The notes: a model not told the origin generated them from the letters alone. Positions 26,542-36,627 are shown, counted from the stretch's first letter. The stretch is DNA of 64,000 nucleotides from Candidatus Parcubacteria bacterium (GCA_019661865.1 JAIFWJ010000003.1:15441-79440), one strand, 5' to 3'. Program-made: numbers and translations.

Positions 26542-29500
26542 TTAAAGTGCTTTTATTTTTTCACCGAGGAGGGAGGTCTCACCGTTACGCTTAGAAATTC
26601 TGCCCTTCACTGCTATACAGTTATCAAGCATTACAAGCGATTTAAATTCCTCAAAGACTTTAGGAAAGAGTACCACATCTGCATGCCCAGTTCTGTCCTC
26701 AAGTTTAAGAAAGACCATTCTTTCATTACCTTTAGTCATCACATCACGGACTTCAGTTATAAGTCCTGCAATGACGCATGGATCATCCTTGTTACAATCT
26801 GCGAGCTTACCAATCTTTTGGTTTATTTTAGAAAGTTTTTCTTCATGTTCTTCCAATGGGTGGCCAGAAATATAAAGTCCCAAGAGCTCTTTCTCCCATA
26901 GTAACTTTTCTTTCTGTGTGGCTACTGGTGCGTCGACTAACCTAAGTGTAGGAAGTGTAGAAGTATCAGACATGAGACCGAAGAGAGAAGTCTGATTAGT
27001 CGGAGCGGTAGCATGCTCGCGATGATACGCTAGAAGATTGTCTAGATTAGCGATGAGCATGCCACGGTCACCGAACTCGTCTAGTGCCCCGGTCTTTATA
27101 AGCGACTCGAGAGACTTCTTATTAAGATTTTTGTCTTTCACTCGGTCTAAGAAATCTACTAGTGAGGTGAATCTCCCACCAGTTTTTCTTTCTTCGATGA
27201 TTGCAGTTGACACCCCTTGACCGAAGTTTTTAATAGTTACTAATCCAAAACGGATTTTATATGGATTTGGAGGATCGTTCACTACCGTGAATTGCGAGAA
27301 TGATTCATTTACAGATGGAGGTAATACATCTATGCCCATGCGTCTGCATTCATTGACCATGAGACCAATGGTGTCTACGTCGCCAGACTCAGCGGTGAGT
27401 ACGGAAGACATATAAATCTCAGGGAAGTTCGCCTTCAAGTATGCAGTGACGTATGCGATGTGACCGTAACTTGCAGCATGAGCTTTATTGAATCCGTATC
27501 CCTGAAATGGTACGAAGAGATTCCAAAGCGCTTCTGCCTTATCTTTCTCCATACCACCGTGCCTAATGCAACCTTCGACAAACATGATGTGCTGCTTTTT
27601 CATCTCTTCTGGAATCTTCTTGCCCACAGCCTTACGGAACTTATCTACTTCACCCCACGAGTATCCTGCTACCTCTATAGCAGTCATAAGAAGATCATCT
27701 TGATAGACCAGTACACCATAAGTGGTGTCTAAGTAATTCTTCATCTTAGGATGCATATAAGTGATGGGTTTAAGGCCATGCTTACGCAGAATGTATTCCT
27801 GGATATTATCCATTGGTCCAGGACGGTAAAGTGCCACCATAACATTAATGTCGTGTATGGTGGTGGGCTTGAGCTCCATAAGTGACTTCGTCATGCCGTC
27901 TCCATTGAGCTGGAATGTTCCTTCAGTCTCACCACGTGCAAGCATCTCAAATGTCTTCTTGTCGTCTATAGGTATATCCTCGAGATGTATTTCCTTGCCC
28001 TCGATCTTCTTTATGCGCTCGAATGCATCGGCAATTATGGATAGGTTTCGTATTCCCAGGAAATCAAACTTCAAGAGACCTGCTTCTTCTATGGAGTACA
28101 TATCATATTGAGTGATAATTTTTTTCTCACCTTTAGTATCGAATTGCAGAGGAGTATAGTCTGTCAAATTTGTAGGTGATATAACCACGCCAGCTGCGTG
28201 CACAGAGATATGTCTAGCATTGCCCTCAATCTTCTCTGCCATGTCTAATACAGTTTTGGCATCAGGATCGCTCTCGTACAACTTCTTAAGATCGGGATTC
28301 TCTCTATAAGCACGCTCTATGGTCATGGGGAAGCCTTGCGCACCAAGCGGAATTAACTTTGCAATCTGATCGCCTAATGCATAAGAAAAGCCCATAGCTC
28401 GTGCTACATCACGCACTGCACCTCTGGCCATCATAGTACCGAAGGTACCGATCTGGGCTACATGGTCTTCCCCATACTTCTGTCTTGCGTATTCGATAAC
28501 TTCATCACGCCTGTCGTCTGCAAAGTCCATGTCTATATCTGGTGGGGAGGGTCTGTCTGGGTTTAGGAAACGTTCGAACGGAAGATTGTATTCAAGGGGA
28601 TTTATATTTGTGATGCCTGCAAGGTAAGTTACGAGCGATCCGGCCACTGAACCTCTAACATTTGTAAGTATTCCGCTTTCATGTGCGAAGCGTAAGAGAT
28701 CAGAAACAACCAAGAAATATTTTGGATATCCTTTATCCTTTATAATTTTTAATTCATATTCTAATCTCTCTGTCACTTCCTTGGTTTCCTCAAGCTTTCT
28801 TCTGTCTAAGCCCTCTGTCACTATTTTTCTTAAAGCTTCGTCAGGAGTTGGACTACCTAAATCAATATCAGGAAACACCCATTTGCCAAGTTCGAGTTTC
28901 AAATTGCACATATTTACAACTTTCTCCACATTCTTTAGTGCCTCGGGTAGATCTTTGAAATCTTTCAACATTTGTCTAGGAGATCTAAACGAGAGATCCT
29001 CTTCTTCATCGTTAAATGATGAATTATCACTGCTTAAGATGTGGGTCTGGATAGAGAGGAGAGTATCTCGAGCGGGCTTATCTTCTGGCTTTATATAATA
29101 GATGTCATGGCCAGCAATGATTGGTGTCTCAGTAGACCGGGCAAACTTAACTAGTGATTCCATCTTGTCATCATGCCCCGCAATCTCAGGATGGCGGGTG
29201 ATCTCCAGGTAGAAGTGATCAAGACCGAAAGTCTTTTTATACCATTCAAGAGTCTGTCCGGCTTTATCTGTATCCTCGAGCCCGAGGGACTTCACTACTT
29301 CGCCATTCATAGATGGCATGATAGCAATGAGACCTTCGTGGAATTTTTCCAATAGTTCTCTGTCTACTCTAGGACGGTAATAAAAACCTTCTATATATGA
29401 AGCAGTAACGAGTTTTAATAAATTTTTATAACCTATCTCATTTTCAACCAGAAGCACTAGGCGCGAGCGGATAGAGTCTATCCGGGCCTCCTTATCATGA

Positions 29501-29730
29501 CGTGTCCTAGCCGCTACGAATGTATCTACTCCGATGATAGGTTTAATCCCTGCCTCTATGCATTCCTTGTAGAACTCTATGGCTCCATAAAGGTTCCCAG
29601 AATCAGTAAGTGCCAAGGCCGAAGAGCCCATTTTCTTAGCCTCATTTACCAGGTCAGAAACCTTTGGAAGGGCCTCCAGGAGGGAATAGTGAGAGTGGGT
29701 ATGAAGGTGTGTGAACTTCGACATGGCCAT
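26542..29730 (-). CDS. dnaE: DNA polymerase III alpha subunit
   Basis: N-terminal PHP domain (HLHTHSHYSLLEA), polymerase core, 1062 aa. Confidence 0.9.
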   Translation of the reverse strand: MAMSKFTHLHTHSHYSLLEALPKVSDLVNEAKKMGSSALALTDSGNLYGAIEFYKECIEAGIKPIIGVDTFVAARTRHDKEARIDSIRSRLVLLVENEIGYKNLLKLVTASYIEGFYYRPRVDRELLEKFHEGLIAIMPSMNGEVVKSLGLEDTDKAGQTLEWYKKTFGLDHFYLEITRHPEIAGHDDKMESLVKFARSTETPIIAGHDIYYIKPEDKPARDTLLSIQTHILSSDNSSFNDEEEDLSFRSPRQMLKDFKDLPEALKNVEKVVNMCNLKLELGKWVFPDIDLGSPTPDEALRKIVTEGLDRRKLEETKEVTERLEYELKIIKDKGYPKYFLVVSDLLRFAHESGILTNVRGSVAGSLVTYLAGITNINPLEYNLPFERFLNPDRPSPPDIDMDFADDRRDEVIEYARQKYGEDHVAQIGTFGTMMARGAVRDVARAMGFSYALGDQIAKLIPLGAQGFPMTIERAYRENPDLKKLYESDPDAKTVLDMAEKIEGNARHISVHAAGVVISPTNLTDYTPLQFDTKGEKKIITQYDMYSIEEAGLLKFDFLGIRNLSIIADAFERIKKIEGKEIHLEDIPIDDKKTFEMLARGETEGTFQLNGDGMTKSLMELKPTTIHDINVMVALYRPGPMDNIQEYILRKHGLKPITYMHPKMKNYLDTTYGVLVYQDDLLMTAIEVAGYSWGEVDKFRKAVGKKIPEEMKKQHIMFVEGCIRHGGMEKDKAEALWNLFVPFQGYGFNKAHAASYGHIAYVTAYLKANFPEIYMSSVLTAESGDVDTIGLMVNECRRMGIDVLPPSVNESFSQFTVVNDPPNPYKIRFGLVTIKNFGQGVSTAIIEERKTGGRFTSLVDFLDRVKDKNLNKKSLESLIKTGALDEFGDRGMLIANLDNLLAYHREHATAPTNQTSLFGLMSDTSTLPTLRLVDAPVATQKEKLLWEKELLGLYISGHPLEEHEEKLSKINQKIGKLADCNKDDPCVIAGLITEVRDVMTKGNERMVFLKLEDRTGHADVVLFPKVFEEFKSLVMLDNCIAVKGRISKRNGETSLLGEKIKAL

Positions 29731-29780
29731 AATTTCTTTAGTATAATACAGGTATTACACCTAAACTCACTAGACAAATC

Positions 29781-30359
29781 GTAGGTATTGATGAGGCAGG
29801 TAGAGGTCCTCTGGCGGGCCCTGTCGCCGTCGGAGGAGTGGTCATAAAGGCAGGATTTAATAAAAAGTTTTTCAAAGGGATTAAAGATTCTAAGAAGCTT
29901 ACTCCAGAAGAAAGGGGACTCTGGTATCTTCTAGCACTTGAGGCCAAAAGGCAGGATAACTTGGACTTCGCTGTATCTCTTGTTTCTGAAAGGATCATAG
30001 ACAAGCATGGTATTGCGTATGCGATACGGCTGGGTATAAAGAGAGTGATAGAGAAATTAGGAATAGACACCCAGGCTCAAATTTTCTTAGACGGAGGTAT
30101 TAAAGCTCCTGAGAGATTCCCACATCAATTAACTGTCATACGCGGTGATGAAAAGATCCCCGTGGTCTCACTAGCGAGTATTTGTGCCAAGGTTACTCGT
30201 GACAAATACATGATAAAGCTCGGACAGAAGTATCCTGATTTCGACTTCCATGTACATAAGGGGTATGGCACTCTTTTACATAGAGAAAGGTTGAAGAAAT
30301 ATGGCCCCGTTGAGCCACATCGTAGAAGCTTCCTTCGCAACTTGACACTAAAGAAATAA
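29781..30359 (+). CDS. rnhB: ribonuclease HII; conserved N-terminus lies upstream of the first canonical start (track ORF starts at GTG 29838)
   Basis: in-frame upstream codons encode QIVGIDEAGRGPLAGPV (catalytic DE motif) after stop at 29742 with no ATG/GTG/TTG; 5' boundary is uncertain (ATC 29781 or ATT 29757). Confidence 0.7.
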   Translation, partial: VGIDEAGRGPLAGPVAVGGVVIKAGFNKKFFKGIKDSKKLTPEERGLWYLLALEAKRQDNLDFAVSLVSERIIDKHGIAYAIRLGIKRVIEKLGIDTQAQIFLDGGIKAPERFPHQLTVIRGDEKIPVVSLASICAKVTRDKYMIKLGQKYPDFDFHVHKGYGTLLHRERLKKYGPVEPHRRSFLRNLTLKK

Positions 30360-30404
30360 CTGTGCTATAATTAAGAAAGACCAAAACATAGACCGCGAGG
30401 CCTC

Positions 30405-30896
30405 ATGGTTATCCCTATCGAGAGTTACAATTCTTCTGTCATTGAATGGCGGGAGAGAGAGGGGGTGATCGAGGTCCTGGTCTTGGACTCCACTCCCACG
30501 AACCCAGATTTTCCGGACGATGTCCAAACAAAGTTCCCTGGAGGTGGTGGTGAAGAGGGGGAGTCGCCAGAAGATACCGCTCGTCGAGAGTTCAAAGATG
30601 AGACCGGCCGCTCTATCCGTGAGGATGCAAAGTTAAAGCCGATCTACTCACGACTTGTCGCTGATCATCATAAGGTTGGGTTTCTCGTCCACGAGTCTGA
30701 CTGTGAAGGTCAACTGGATGAGGTGCCCAGACTTGAAGGAGATTCGATTATCAACAATCGGCGGTATCTCACCATCGATCAAGTGATTGCCGATATCTAT
30801 CAGCCAAGGCACAACCAGACTCAGCTACATCTTGTAAGAAACGCTAAACGGGAGATCGAAAAGATCCTCCTAACTCGGGCCCTGCAGAAGGTATAA
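30405..30896 (+). CDS. NUDIX hydrolase
   Basis: Nudix box PGGGGEEGESPEDTARREFKDETG. Confidence 0.7.
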   Translation: MVIPIESYNSSVIEWREREGVIEVLVLDSTPTNPDFPDDVQTKFPGGGGEEGESPEDTARREFKDETGRSIREDAKLKPIYSRLVADHHKVGFLVHESDCEGQLDEVPRLEGDSIINNRRYLTIDQVIADIYQPRHNQTQLHLVRNAKREIEKILLTRALQKV

Positions 30897-30946
30897 AAAC
30901 CAAGCGGGGCCTTTCTTTTTTATGAATATTCTGGTAGAGTCGTTTT

Positions 30947-31165
30947 ATGACAGTTCGGATGCGCCATACGAGATCGCAGACAGCAAACCGCCGATCTCAC
31001 CATGCATTATCTAGCCCAACTTTAGTAAAGGAGGGAAATTCTACATACATGCGTCATCGCATGAACCCAGAGACCGGCACTTACAGAGGACGTAAGGTCA
31101 TTGATATGGGCGCTAAGGCAGTAAAACGAGCCGAGAGATCACGCGAGAAGGAGAACGCACGCTAA
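30947..31165 (+). CDS. rpmF: 50S ribosomal protein L32 (zinc-ribbon cysteines absent)
   Basis: [15 protein letters not shown]...TGTYRGRKV matches bL32 pattern. Confidence 0.65.
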   Translation: MTVRMRHTRSQTANRRSHHALSSPTLVKEGNSTYMRHRMNPETGTYRGRKVIDMGAKAVKRAERSREKENAR

Positions 31166-31203
31166 TTCTTCTTCTCGCGTGTCTCAAACAGTTCTTTAAG
31201 ACC

Positions 31204-32130
31204 ATGTCACATAGACATCTTTCACGATCAGTTGTCCTCCAGACTCTTTTCGAGCTTGATTTTAATAAAAGTACAATTGGTAAAAAGAAAGTAGAAGTCA
31301 AACCAATTTTGGATAGAAATGTTCTCGAGTTTGCACCGGAGTCCAAGGACAGACCTTTCATGGACAACTTGACTCACACTGTAGTAGATAAGCAGAAAGA
31401 TCTCGACACTCTCATAGAGAAAGCCGCACCAGATTGGCCACTTGAGAAAATTTCTACAGTAGATAGAAATATTTTACGTATTGGATTGGCAGAATTACTT
31501 TTTGCAGATAGAAATGAAGTGCCTCCTAAGGTAGCTATCAATGAAGCAATCGAGCTTGCCAAGTCATATGGTGGAGAAACCTCAGGCAGATTCGTGAACG
31601 GAGTATTGGGTGCCGTGTATAAAGAAATGGGTGAGCCCGGTAAGGATGAGAAGCCTAGGCCTAAGAAGCGTTACGGCAATGTTCCTGATTCTGAACTTCC
31701 TGTAGAGCGTCTTGCCGGTGCCGTGGTCTTCTCTAAGCACCAGAGTGAAATCTATCTAGCGCTTGTGCATGACATCTTCGGACACTGGACTCTTACTAAA
31801 GGAAGGTTAGCCGAAGGAGAAGAAGAGAAGGATTGTCTTATCCGTAAGGTGCCTCTCGAGATTGGAGTACCAGTTAAGGTGGGTGAAAAGATTGGAGAAA
31901 ACTCATATTCCACATTTCACCCAGAAAGGGGGAAGATGAGAAAGCAGATTTCATATTACATGGCAGAAGCGCCTTTCCAGGAACTTACTCTCGATAACAA
32001 AGAGGAAAAAGGAGGGTTAGATGACGTCAGATGGTTTAAATTGAGTGACATACTTGACCTCAATTTCTACGACGATATACTGCCCATTGTGACAAGGGCT
32101 TTGCAGACCTTGGCAGAGGGAGGTGAATAA
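31204..32130 (+). CDS. nusB: transcription antitermination factor NusB fused to a C-terminal degenerate Nudix-like domain
   Basis: N-terminal ~140 aa NusB-like ([14 protein letters not shown]...); C-terminal [30 protein letters not shown] resembles the Nudix fold with RE->RK and EE->LE substitutions. Confidence 0.7.
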   Translation: MSHRHLSRSVVLQTLFELDFNKSTIGKKKVEVKPILDRNVLEFAPESKDRPFMDNLTHTVVDKQKDLDTLIEKAAPDWPLEKISTVDRNILRIGLAELLFADRNEVPPKVAINEAIELAKSYGGETSGRFVNGVLGAVYKEMGEPGKDEKPRPKKRYGNVPDSELPVERLAGAVVFSKHQSEIYLALVHDIFGHWTLTKGRLAEGEEEKDCLIRKVPLEIGVPVKVGEKIGENSYSTFHPERGKMRKQISYYMAEAPFQELTLDNKEEKGGLDDVRWFKLSDILDLNFYDDILPIVTRALQTLAEGGE

Positions 32131-32136
32131 AGATAT

Positions 32137-32826
32137 ATGGATTTTTCTAAATTTGAAGAGAAGGCAGGAGTGAACTTCCATGATAAGGCACTCCTCAAAC
32201 AGGCTTTTACCCATCGCTCATATATAAATGAGAATCGTTCTAGTGCCGGAGAACACAATGAAAGATTGGAGTTCTTAGGTGATGCGGTGCTTGAACTTGT
32301 GGTTACAGACTTTCTATATAAAAAGTTTACAGAAATGGACGAAGGCGAGCTCACTAGTCTACGTTCTGCATTAGTAAATGCAGATACATGTGCACTGGTA
32401 GCTAGCCGGCTCGGTGCTAATGATTATCTGTTACTCTCCAAGGGTGAGACCAAGGATCAAGGTCGGGCAAGACAGTACATATTGGCGAACACTTTAGAAG
32501 CTATCATCGGAGCAATCTATCTAGACCAAGGATTTGAATCTACTAAAGAATTTATCTTGCATAATATTACTTCTCTAACTGATGAGATTGTGAAGAGTGG
32601 TGCCTGGGTAGACTCTAAGAGCCTTTTCCAAGAAAGATCCCAAGAGCATGAAGGTATAACCCCAGTTTATAAGACTCTCAGAGAAAGCGGTCCAGATCAT
32701 GATAAACACTTCACTGTAGGGGTCTACCTGGAGAAAGAACTGATAGGTGAAGGAGACGGCAAGTCCAAGCAGGATGCCGAGCAAGCCGCGGCGCGAGAAG
32801 GTTTAAAAAGCAAAAATTGGCATTAG
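32137..32826 (+). CDS. rnc: ribonuclease III
   Basis: ERLEFLGDAVLELVV signature plus C-terminal dsRBD. Confidence 0.9.
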   Translation: MDFSKFEEKAGVNFHDKALLKQAFTHRSYINENRSSAGEHNERLEFLGDAVLELVVTDFLYKKFTEMDEGELTSLRSALVNADTCALVASRLGANDYLLLSKGETKDQGRARQYILANTLEAIIGAIYLDQGFESTKEFILHNITSLTDEIVKSGAWVDSKSLFQERSQEHEGITPVYKTLRESGPDHDKHFTVGVYLEKELIGEGDGKSKQDAEQAAAREGLKSKNWH

Positions 32827-32881
32827 ATTAGTGTCAATAAAGACTAGCTAATAAATATACTTAGGGTTTATAATTAAACCA

Positions 32882-33136
32882 ATGGTGCATTCACATAAAG
32901 TTGGCTGGATAACTAAATGGGTTTTAAAGAAAAGACTTGCTGGAACTATTGCTGGGGCTGAAAGATTTCTTCTTCTAACCTCGACGATATGCATAACTTT
33001 ATCCATTTCAATATTTGTTCGATATCAGCCACCGAAAAGTATTAGTTTAACACCGGAAGACAAGCAGAAGATTCTAGCCCTAATGTATCAAGTAGAGGCC
33101 AGACGGTCAGAGTATTTGAAAGGAATTTCTAATTAA
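32882..33136 (+). CDS. hypothetical small single-TM protein
   Basis: 84-aa ORF with one hydrophobic helix. Confidence 0.3.
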   Translation: MVHSHKVGWITKWVLKKRLAGTIAGAERFLLLTSTICITLSISIFVRYQPPKSISLTPEDKQKILALMYQVEARRSEYLKGISN

Positions 33137-33140
33137 TATC

Positions 33141-33659
33141 TTAGAAACCTATATACTGATAACAGTACCAGTATACGGTATCTTCTATGCCGGAAGGGCC
33201 GTTACACTGAGAGTCATCCAAGGGATTTTCTTGCATCCACAAGAGCCACACGCTACCAGGTCCATTGGCATCATCGGGAGAGTACTCATACACAAGTCTG
33301 TTGTAGGCTATTGTGCCTGGTATAGCATTGTTTACGGGCAAGGTCCTCAGATAGGGTGCTAGGTTCGTTATGAGTAAATCGTCTCCATCCTTGACCCCTG
33401 CATAGCAAGTTTCGCCGGAAGGTGCCAGGCAGCGATAGTAAACATCAGCTGGATTGCCAGAATTTGGAAAATGACCGTAGTCATTGTAATAAAGGTTCAA
33501 GGCTGTAACCACCGAATCCTTGTTCTGTCTCCTCCTTGAGTCCTCGGCAGTTATTCTTGCTCGGGTTAGAGCGGCGAAGATGATTGAAGAGAGTAAACCA
33601 ATAATGGCGATAACTACTAAGAGTTCTATAAGGGTAAAGCCACGCTGGTCCTCTTTCAT
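33141..33659 (-). CDS. type IV pilin-like protein (prepilin N-terminal methylation motif)
   Basis: QRGFTLIELLVVIAIIGLL class III signal/pilin N-terminus. Confidence 0.75.
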   Translation of the reverse strand: MKEDQRGFTLIELLVVIAIIGLLSSIIFAALTRARITAEDSRRRQNKDSVVTALNLYYNDYGHFPNSGNPADVYYRCLAPSGETCYAGVKDGDDLLITNLAPYLRTLPVNNAIPGTIAYNRLVYEYSPDDANGPGSVWLLWMQENPLDDSQCNGPSGIEDTVYWYCYQYIGF

Positions 33660-33710
33660 TTGTGTCTAATTATTCTATAGAAGTTCCTAAAATGCTAGTA
33701 TAGTTATACA

Positions 33711-33998
33711 ATGTCAGTCCAGTTTGACGAGCAACCGGATCTTTACATTCCTCCAGCTTCAGCAAATGAGGTGGGAGGACTTGCCGGGCTCATAATGAAG
33801 ACCCATATAGTTACTACTCAAAGCCAAGCGGAGAAGGTACTTCTTGGGTTGGCTCTTGCAGTCTTCGCTACAGCTTCACTTATCTTTTTCACAATTTCGG
33901 GAGGAAAGAACTACAATCCTTCCGCAATAGAGAAGGCCCAGATTAAGGCTAAGTTCGATAATATAGAAGCCACTAGGAAACCACCTACTGGAACTTAA
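33711..33998 (+). CDS. hypothetical small membrane protein
   Basis: 95-aa ORF with one TM helix. Confidence 0.3.
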   Translation: MSVQFDEQPDLYIPPASANEVGGLAGLIMKTHIVTTQSQAEKVLLGLALAVFATASLIFFTISGGKNYNPSAIEKAQIKAKFDNIEATRKPPTGT

Positions 33999-34003
33999 GG
34001 TTT

Positions 34004-36238
34004 ATGCTTCATCTCAAGTCTATTGAATTGTCGGGATTCAAATCCTTCGCCAAGAAGAGTGTCTTAGAATTTACCACTCCAGTTTCTGCAATTGTTGGAC
34101 CCAACGGTTCTGGTAAGTCGAATGTAGCCGAGGCCTTTCGCTTTGTTTTAGGAGAGCAATCCATTAAATCTATGCGAGGCAAGAAGGGTGAAGATCTTAT
34201 ATTTAATGGAGCGGGTGGAGAATCCCGGGCCAACAGAGCCTTTGTGAAGGTGGTCTTCGACAACTCCAATAGACTTTTCTCTGTGGATTTCCCCGAAGTC
34301 ACTATAGAGAGAGTGGTCCATCGAGATGGAGTAAATGAATATCTTATAAATGGAAGTCAGGTGAGACTCCGAGATGTCTTGGAACTTCTAGCCAGAGCTC
34401 ATATTGGCGCATCAGGACACCACATTATCTCTCAGGGAGAGGCAGATAAGATCTTAAATGCCTCAACCCGCGAAAGAAAGAGTATGATCGAGGACGCACT
34501 GGGACTTAAGCTTTATCAGTATAAGAGAGCCGAGAGTGAGAAAAAGCTTGAAAAAACTTTTGAAAATATCCAGCAAGTTGAGTCATTAAGAAAGGAGATC
34601 GCTCCGCATATTAGATTTCTAAAGAAGCAGACAGAAAAGATAGAGAAAGCCGAGAGTGTTCGCCTTGAGCTCGAGACTCTAGGACAAGAGTATCTTCGAC
34701 GCGAGGAAGATTATTTAAATAAAGAGAGAGATTTAATACACACAGAGAAGAAACCGATACTGGCAAGACTAAAGGTCTTGGATGAGGAGCTCGGAAATGC
34801 TCGTAAAATCTTAGAGAATTTCGGTAAGAAAAATAAGAAAGATTTCGAAGTGCTTGATATAGAAGCTGAAATAGCCAGTGCAAGGGCGGAAAAGGACAGA
34901 CTAATGCGTGAACTGGGTAAGGTGGAGGGATCAGTGGAGGCCCAAGAAAGAATGTTAAGAAGTGAGAAGGATCGGATAACGAATGCTGAGGAGAAAACAG
35001 TGCGTCTCCGAGACGTAGAAGAACTACAGTCTGATATAGAAGATGAAATAAAATCTGCAGAAGGAGATTCGAATAATCTAATTAAAGTTTTATATAGAGT
35101 TCTCGATAAAATTAGCTCCTTTATAAAATCCAAGAAAGTGGATACAAACTCACCCGGGGTAAAAGAGGTCGAGAGAGCTCTTTCAGAACTCGGTAAGGAG
35201 AAAGAGAAACTGGAAAAAGAGCTCAAACGCTCGGATGAAAGAGAGAAGAGTCTACGAGAGAAATATGAAAATCTGAAAAAAGAAATTGAGAAGGACAAAG
35301 ATACTTCCCACGATGCGGAGAAGAAGGTCTTCACCATCATGTCGGAGGAAAATGAACTTCGTTCTAGAGAAGAATCTCTAAGAATAAGAGAGGAGCAATA
35401 CAAACACCTCTTTGAGAACTTCAAGCGCGACTTGGAAGAAATATCCAAGATCGCAGGACCAAGTATTTTAGGATTTAGGTCAGTCTCTGTTACTCATGAA
35501 GACAGATCGAAGCAGGAAGACAGAAGACATGATGTGGAGAGACTCAAAATTAGACTTGAGGAGTCTGGTGTCTCGGGAGCAGGGGACATTATGAAGGAGT
35601 TTAAAGAAGTTTCTGAGCGAGATGAGTTTCTTTCGCGTGAGCTCCTCGACTTGGAGAAGTCGGCTGAGAGTCTCAAGACCTTAATAAAGGAGCTTGAGGA
35701 GAGACTCAATGAAGAATTTAAGTCAGGACTCGAGAAAATAAATAAAGAATTTAATACACTCTTCACCATGATGTTCGGCGGTGGAGAAGCGCATCTGACT
35801 CTTACTAAAGAGAAGAAAAGACGAATAGGGGATCTAGAAATTGAAGAAGGTATAGATCAGGAAGTAGGAGAGGAGGTGATAGAGGAAGGATTAGATATTG
35901 CTGTAAATCTTCCAAGGAAAAAGATCAGAGGGCTAGCTATGCTCTCAGGCGGCGAGAGAGCTCTGACCTCCATTGCACTCCTCTTCGCCATTACAGAAGT
36001 AAATCCTCCACCATTCATCATTCTCGATGAGACCGATGCAGCATTAGATGAAGCCAATTCTAAAAAATATGGTGACATTGCCGAGAGGCTTTCCAAGCGC
36101 TCGCAACTTATCCTTATCACTCATAACAGAGAGACCATGAGTCGTGCTGGAGTTATATATGGTGTAACCATGTCTGGAACCGGTGTTTCTAAACTTCTAT
36201 CTATTGCCTTCGACCAAGCAGTAGAGGTTGCAAAATAG
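34004..36238 (+). CDS. smc: SMC-like chromosome segregation ATPase (short, 744 aa)
   Basis: N-terminal Walker A GPNGSGKSN; C-terminal LSGGERALTSIALLFA signature and ILDETDAALDE Walker B; Glu/Lys-rich coiled coil between. Confidence 0.75.
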   Translation: MLHLKSIELSGFKSFAKKSVLEFTTPVSAIVGPNGSGKSNVAEAFRFVLGEQSIKSMRGKKGEDLIFNGAGGESRANRAFVKVVFDNSNRLFSVDFPEVTIERVVHRDGVNEYLINGSQVRLRDVLELLARAHIGASGHHIISQGEADKILNASTRERKSMIEDALGLKLYQYKRAESEKKLEKTFENIQQVESLRKEIAPHIRFLKKQTEKIEKAESVRLELETLGQEYLRREEDYLNKERDLIHTEKKPILARLKVLDEELGNARKILENFGKKNKKDFEVLDIEAEIASARAEKDRLMRELGKVEGSVEAQERMLRSEKDRITNAEEKTVRLRDVEELQSDIEDEIKSAEGDSNNLIKVLYRVLDKISSFIKSKKVDTNSPGVKEVERALSELGKEKEKLEKELKRSDEREKSLREKYENLKKEIEKDKDTSHDAEKKVFTIMSEENELRSREESLRIREEQYKHLFENFKRDLEEISKIAGPSILGFRSVSVTHEDRSKQEDRRHDVERLKIRLEESGVSGAGDIMKEFKEVSERDEFLSRELLDLEKSAESLKTLIKELEERLNEEFKSGLEKINKEFNTLFTMMFGGGEAHLTLTKEKKRRIGDLEIEEGIDQEVGEEVIEEGLDIAVNLPRKKIRGLAMLSGGERALTSIALLFAITEVNPPPFIILDETDAALDEANSKKYGDIAERLSKRSQLILITHNRETMSRAGVIYGVTMSGTGVSKLLSIAFDQAVEVAK

Positions 36239-36289
36239 CTCTTGCTGAACTACTCTTTCCCTAGTCCGCACAACTGACATGGAGGACAT

Positions 36290-36595
36290 ATGGGTAAAAA
36301 GGGCTTTGGTACAATTAGCAAGGAGAGGCATCTACAGATCGCAAGTACTGGCGGCAAGGCAGCTCATGCCAAGGGTAGAGCTCACGAGTGGGACACTGAG
36401 GCAGCCCGTGAAGCAGGTAGAAAGGGAGGACAAAAGATCTCCAAGGATCGTGAATACATGCGTGAGCTTGGTCGCAAAGGCGGGCATGCTCGCAAAGGTG
36501 TCAAAAACCGTCCGAGGATCCGAGCCTCGCAGCCTGACAAGGTTATGTCAGACCTGGATCTCAGATCAAGTGAGTTCCAAACCGGCAATGCATAA
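36290..36595 (+). CDS. KGG-repeat stress-induced protein (YciG/con-10 family-like)
   Basis: repeated GGKAAHAKG / GRKGGQ / GRKGGHA motifs; GGAGG SD 5 nt upstream; GC-rich relative to window. Confidence 0.6.
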   Translation: MGKKGFGTISKERHLQIASTGGKAAHAKGRAHEWDTEAAREAGRKGGQKISKDREYMRELGRKGGHARKGVKNRPRIRASQPDKVMSDLDLRSSEFQTGNA

Positions 36596-36603
36596 GTGAT
36601 ATG

Positions 36604-36627
36604 AGCGACATAGTCGCTCTTTTTATA
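36604..36627 (+). terminator. rho-independent terminator GAGCGAC-ATA-GTCGCTC + TTTTTAT
   Basis: perfect 7-bp stem plus U-tract after KGG gene. Confidence 0.75.

Noticed and set aside
34711-35448. 245-aa Ser-rich ORF on minus strand
   Set aside because: Antisense shadow of the Glu/Lys-rich coiled-coil coding region of smc (GAA/AAG repeats read as Ser/Phe/Leu on the opposite strand).
36279-36599. Alternative + frame ORF overlapping the KGG gene
   Set aside because: No SD at its ATG, whereas the 36290 frame has GGAGG-N5-ATG and encodes recognisable KGG repeats. Both frames stay open only because of the high GC.
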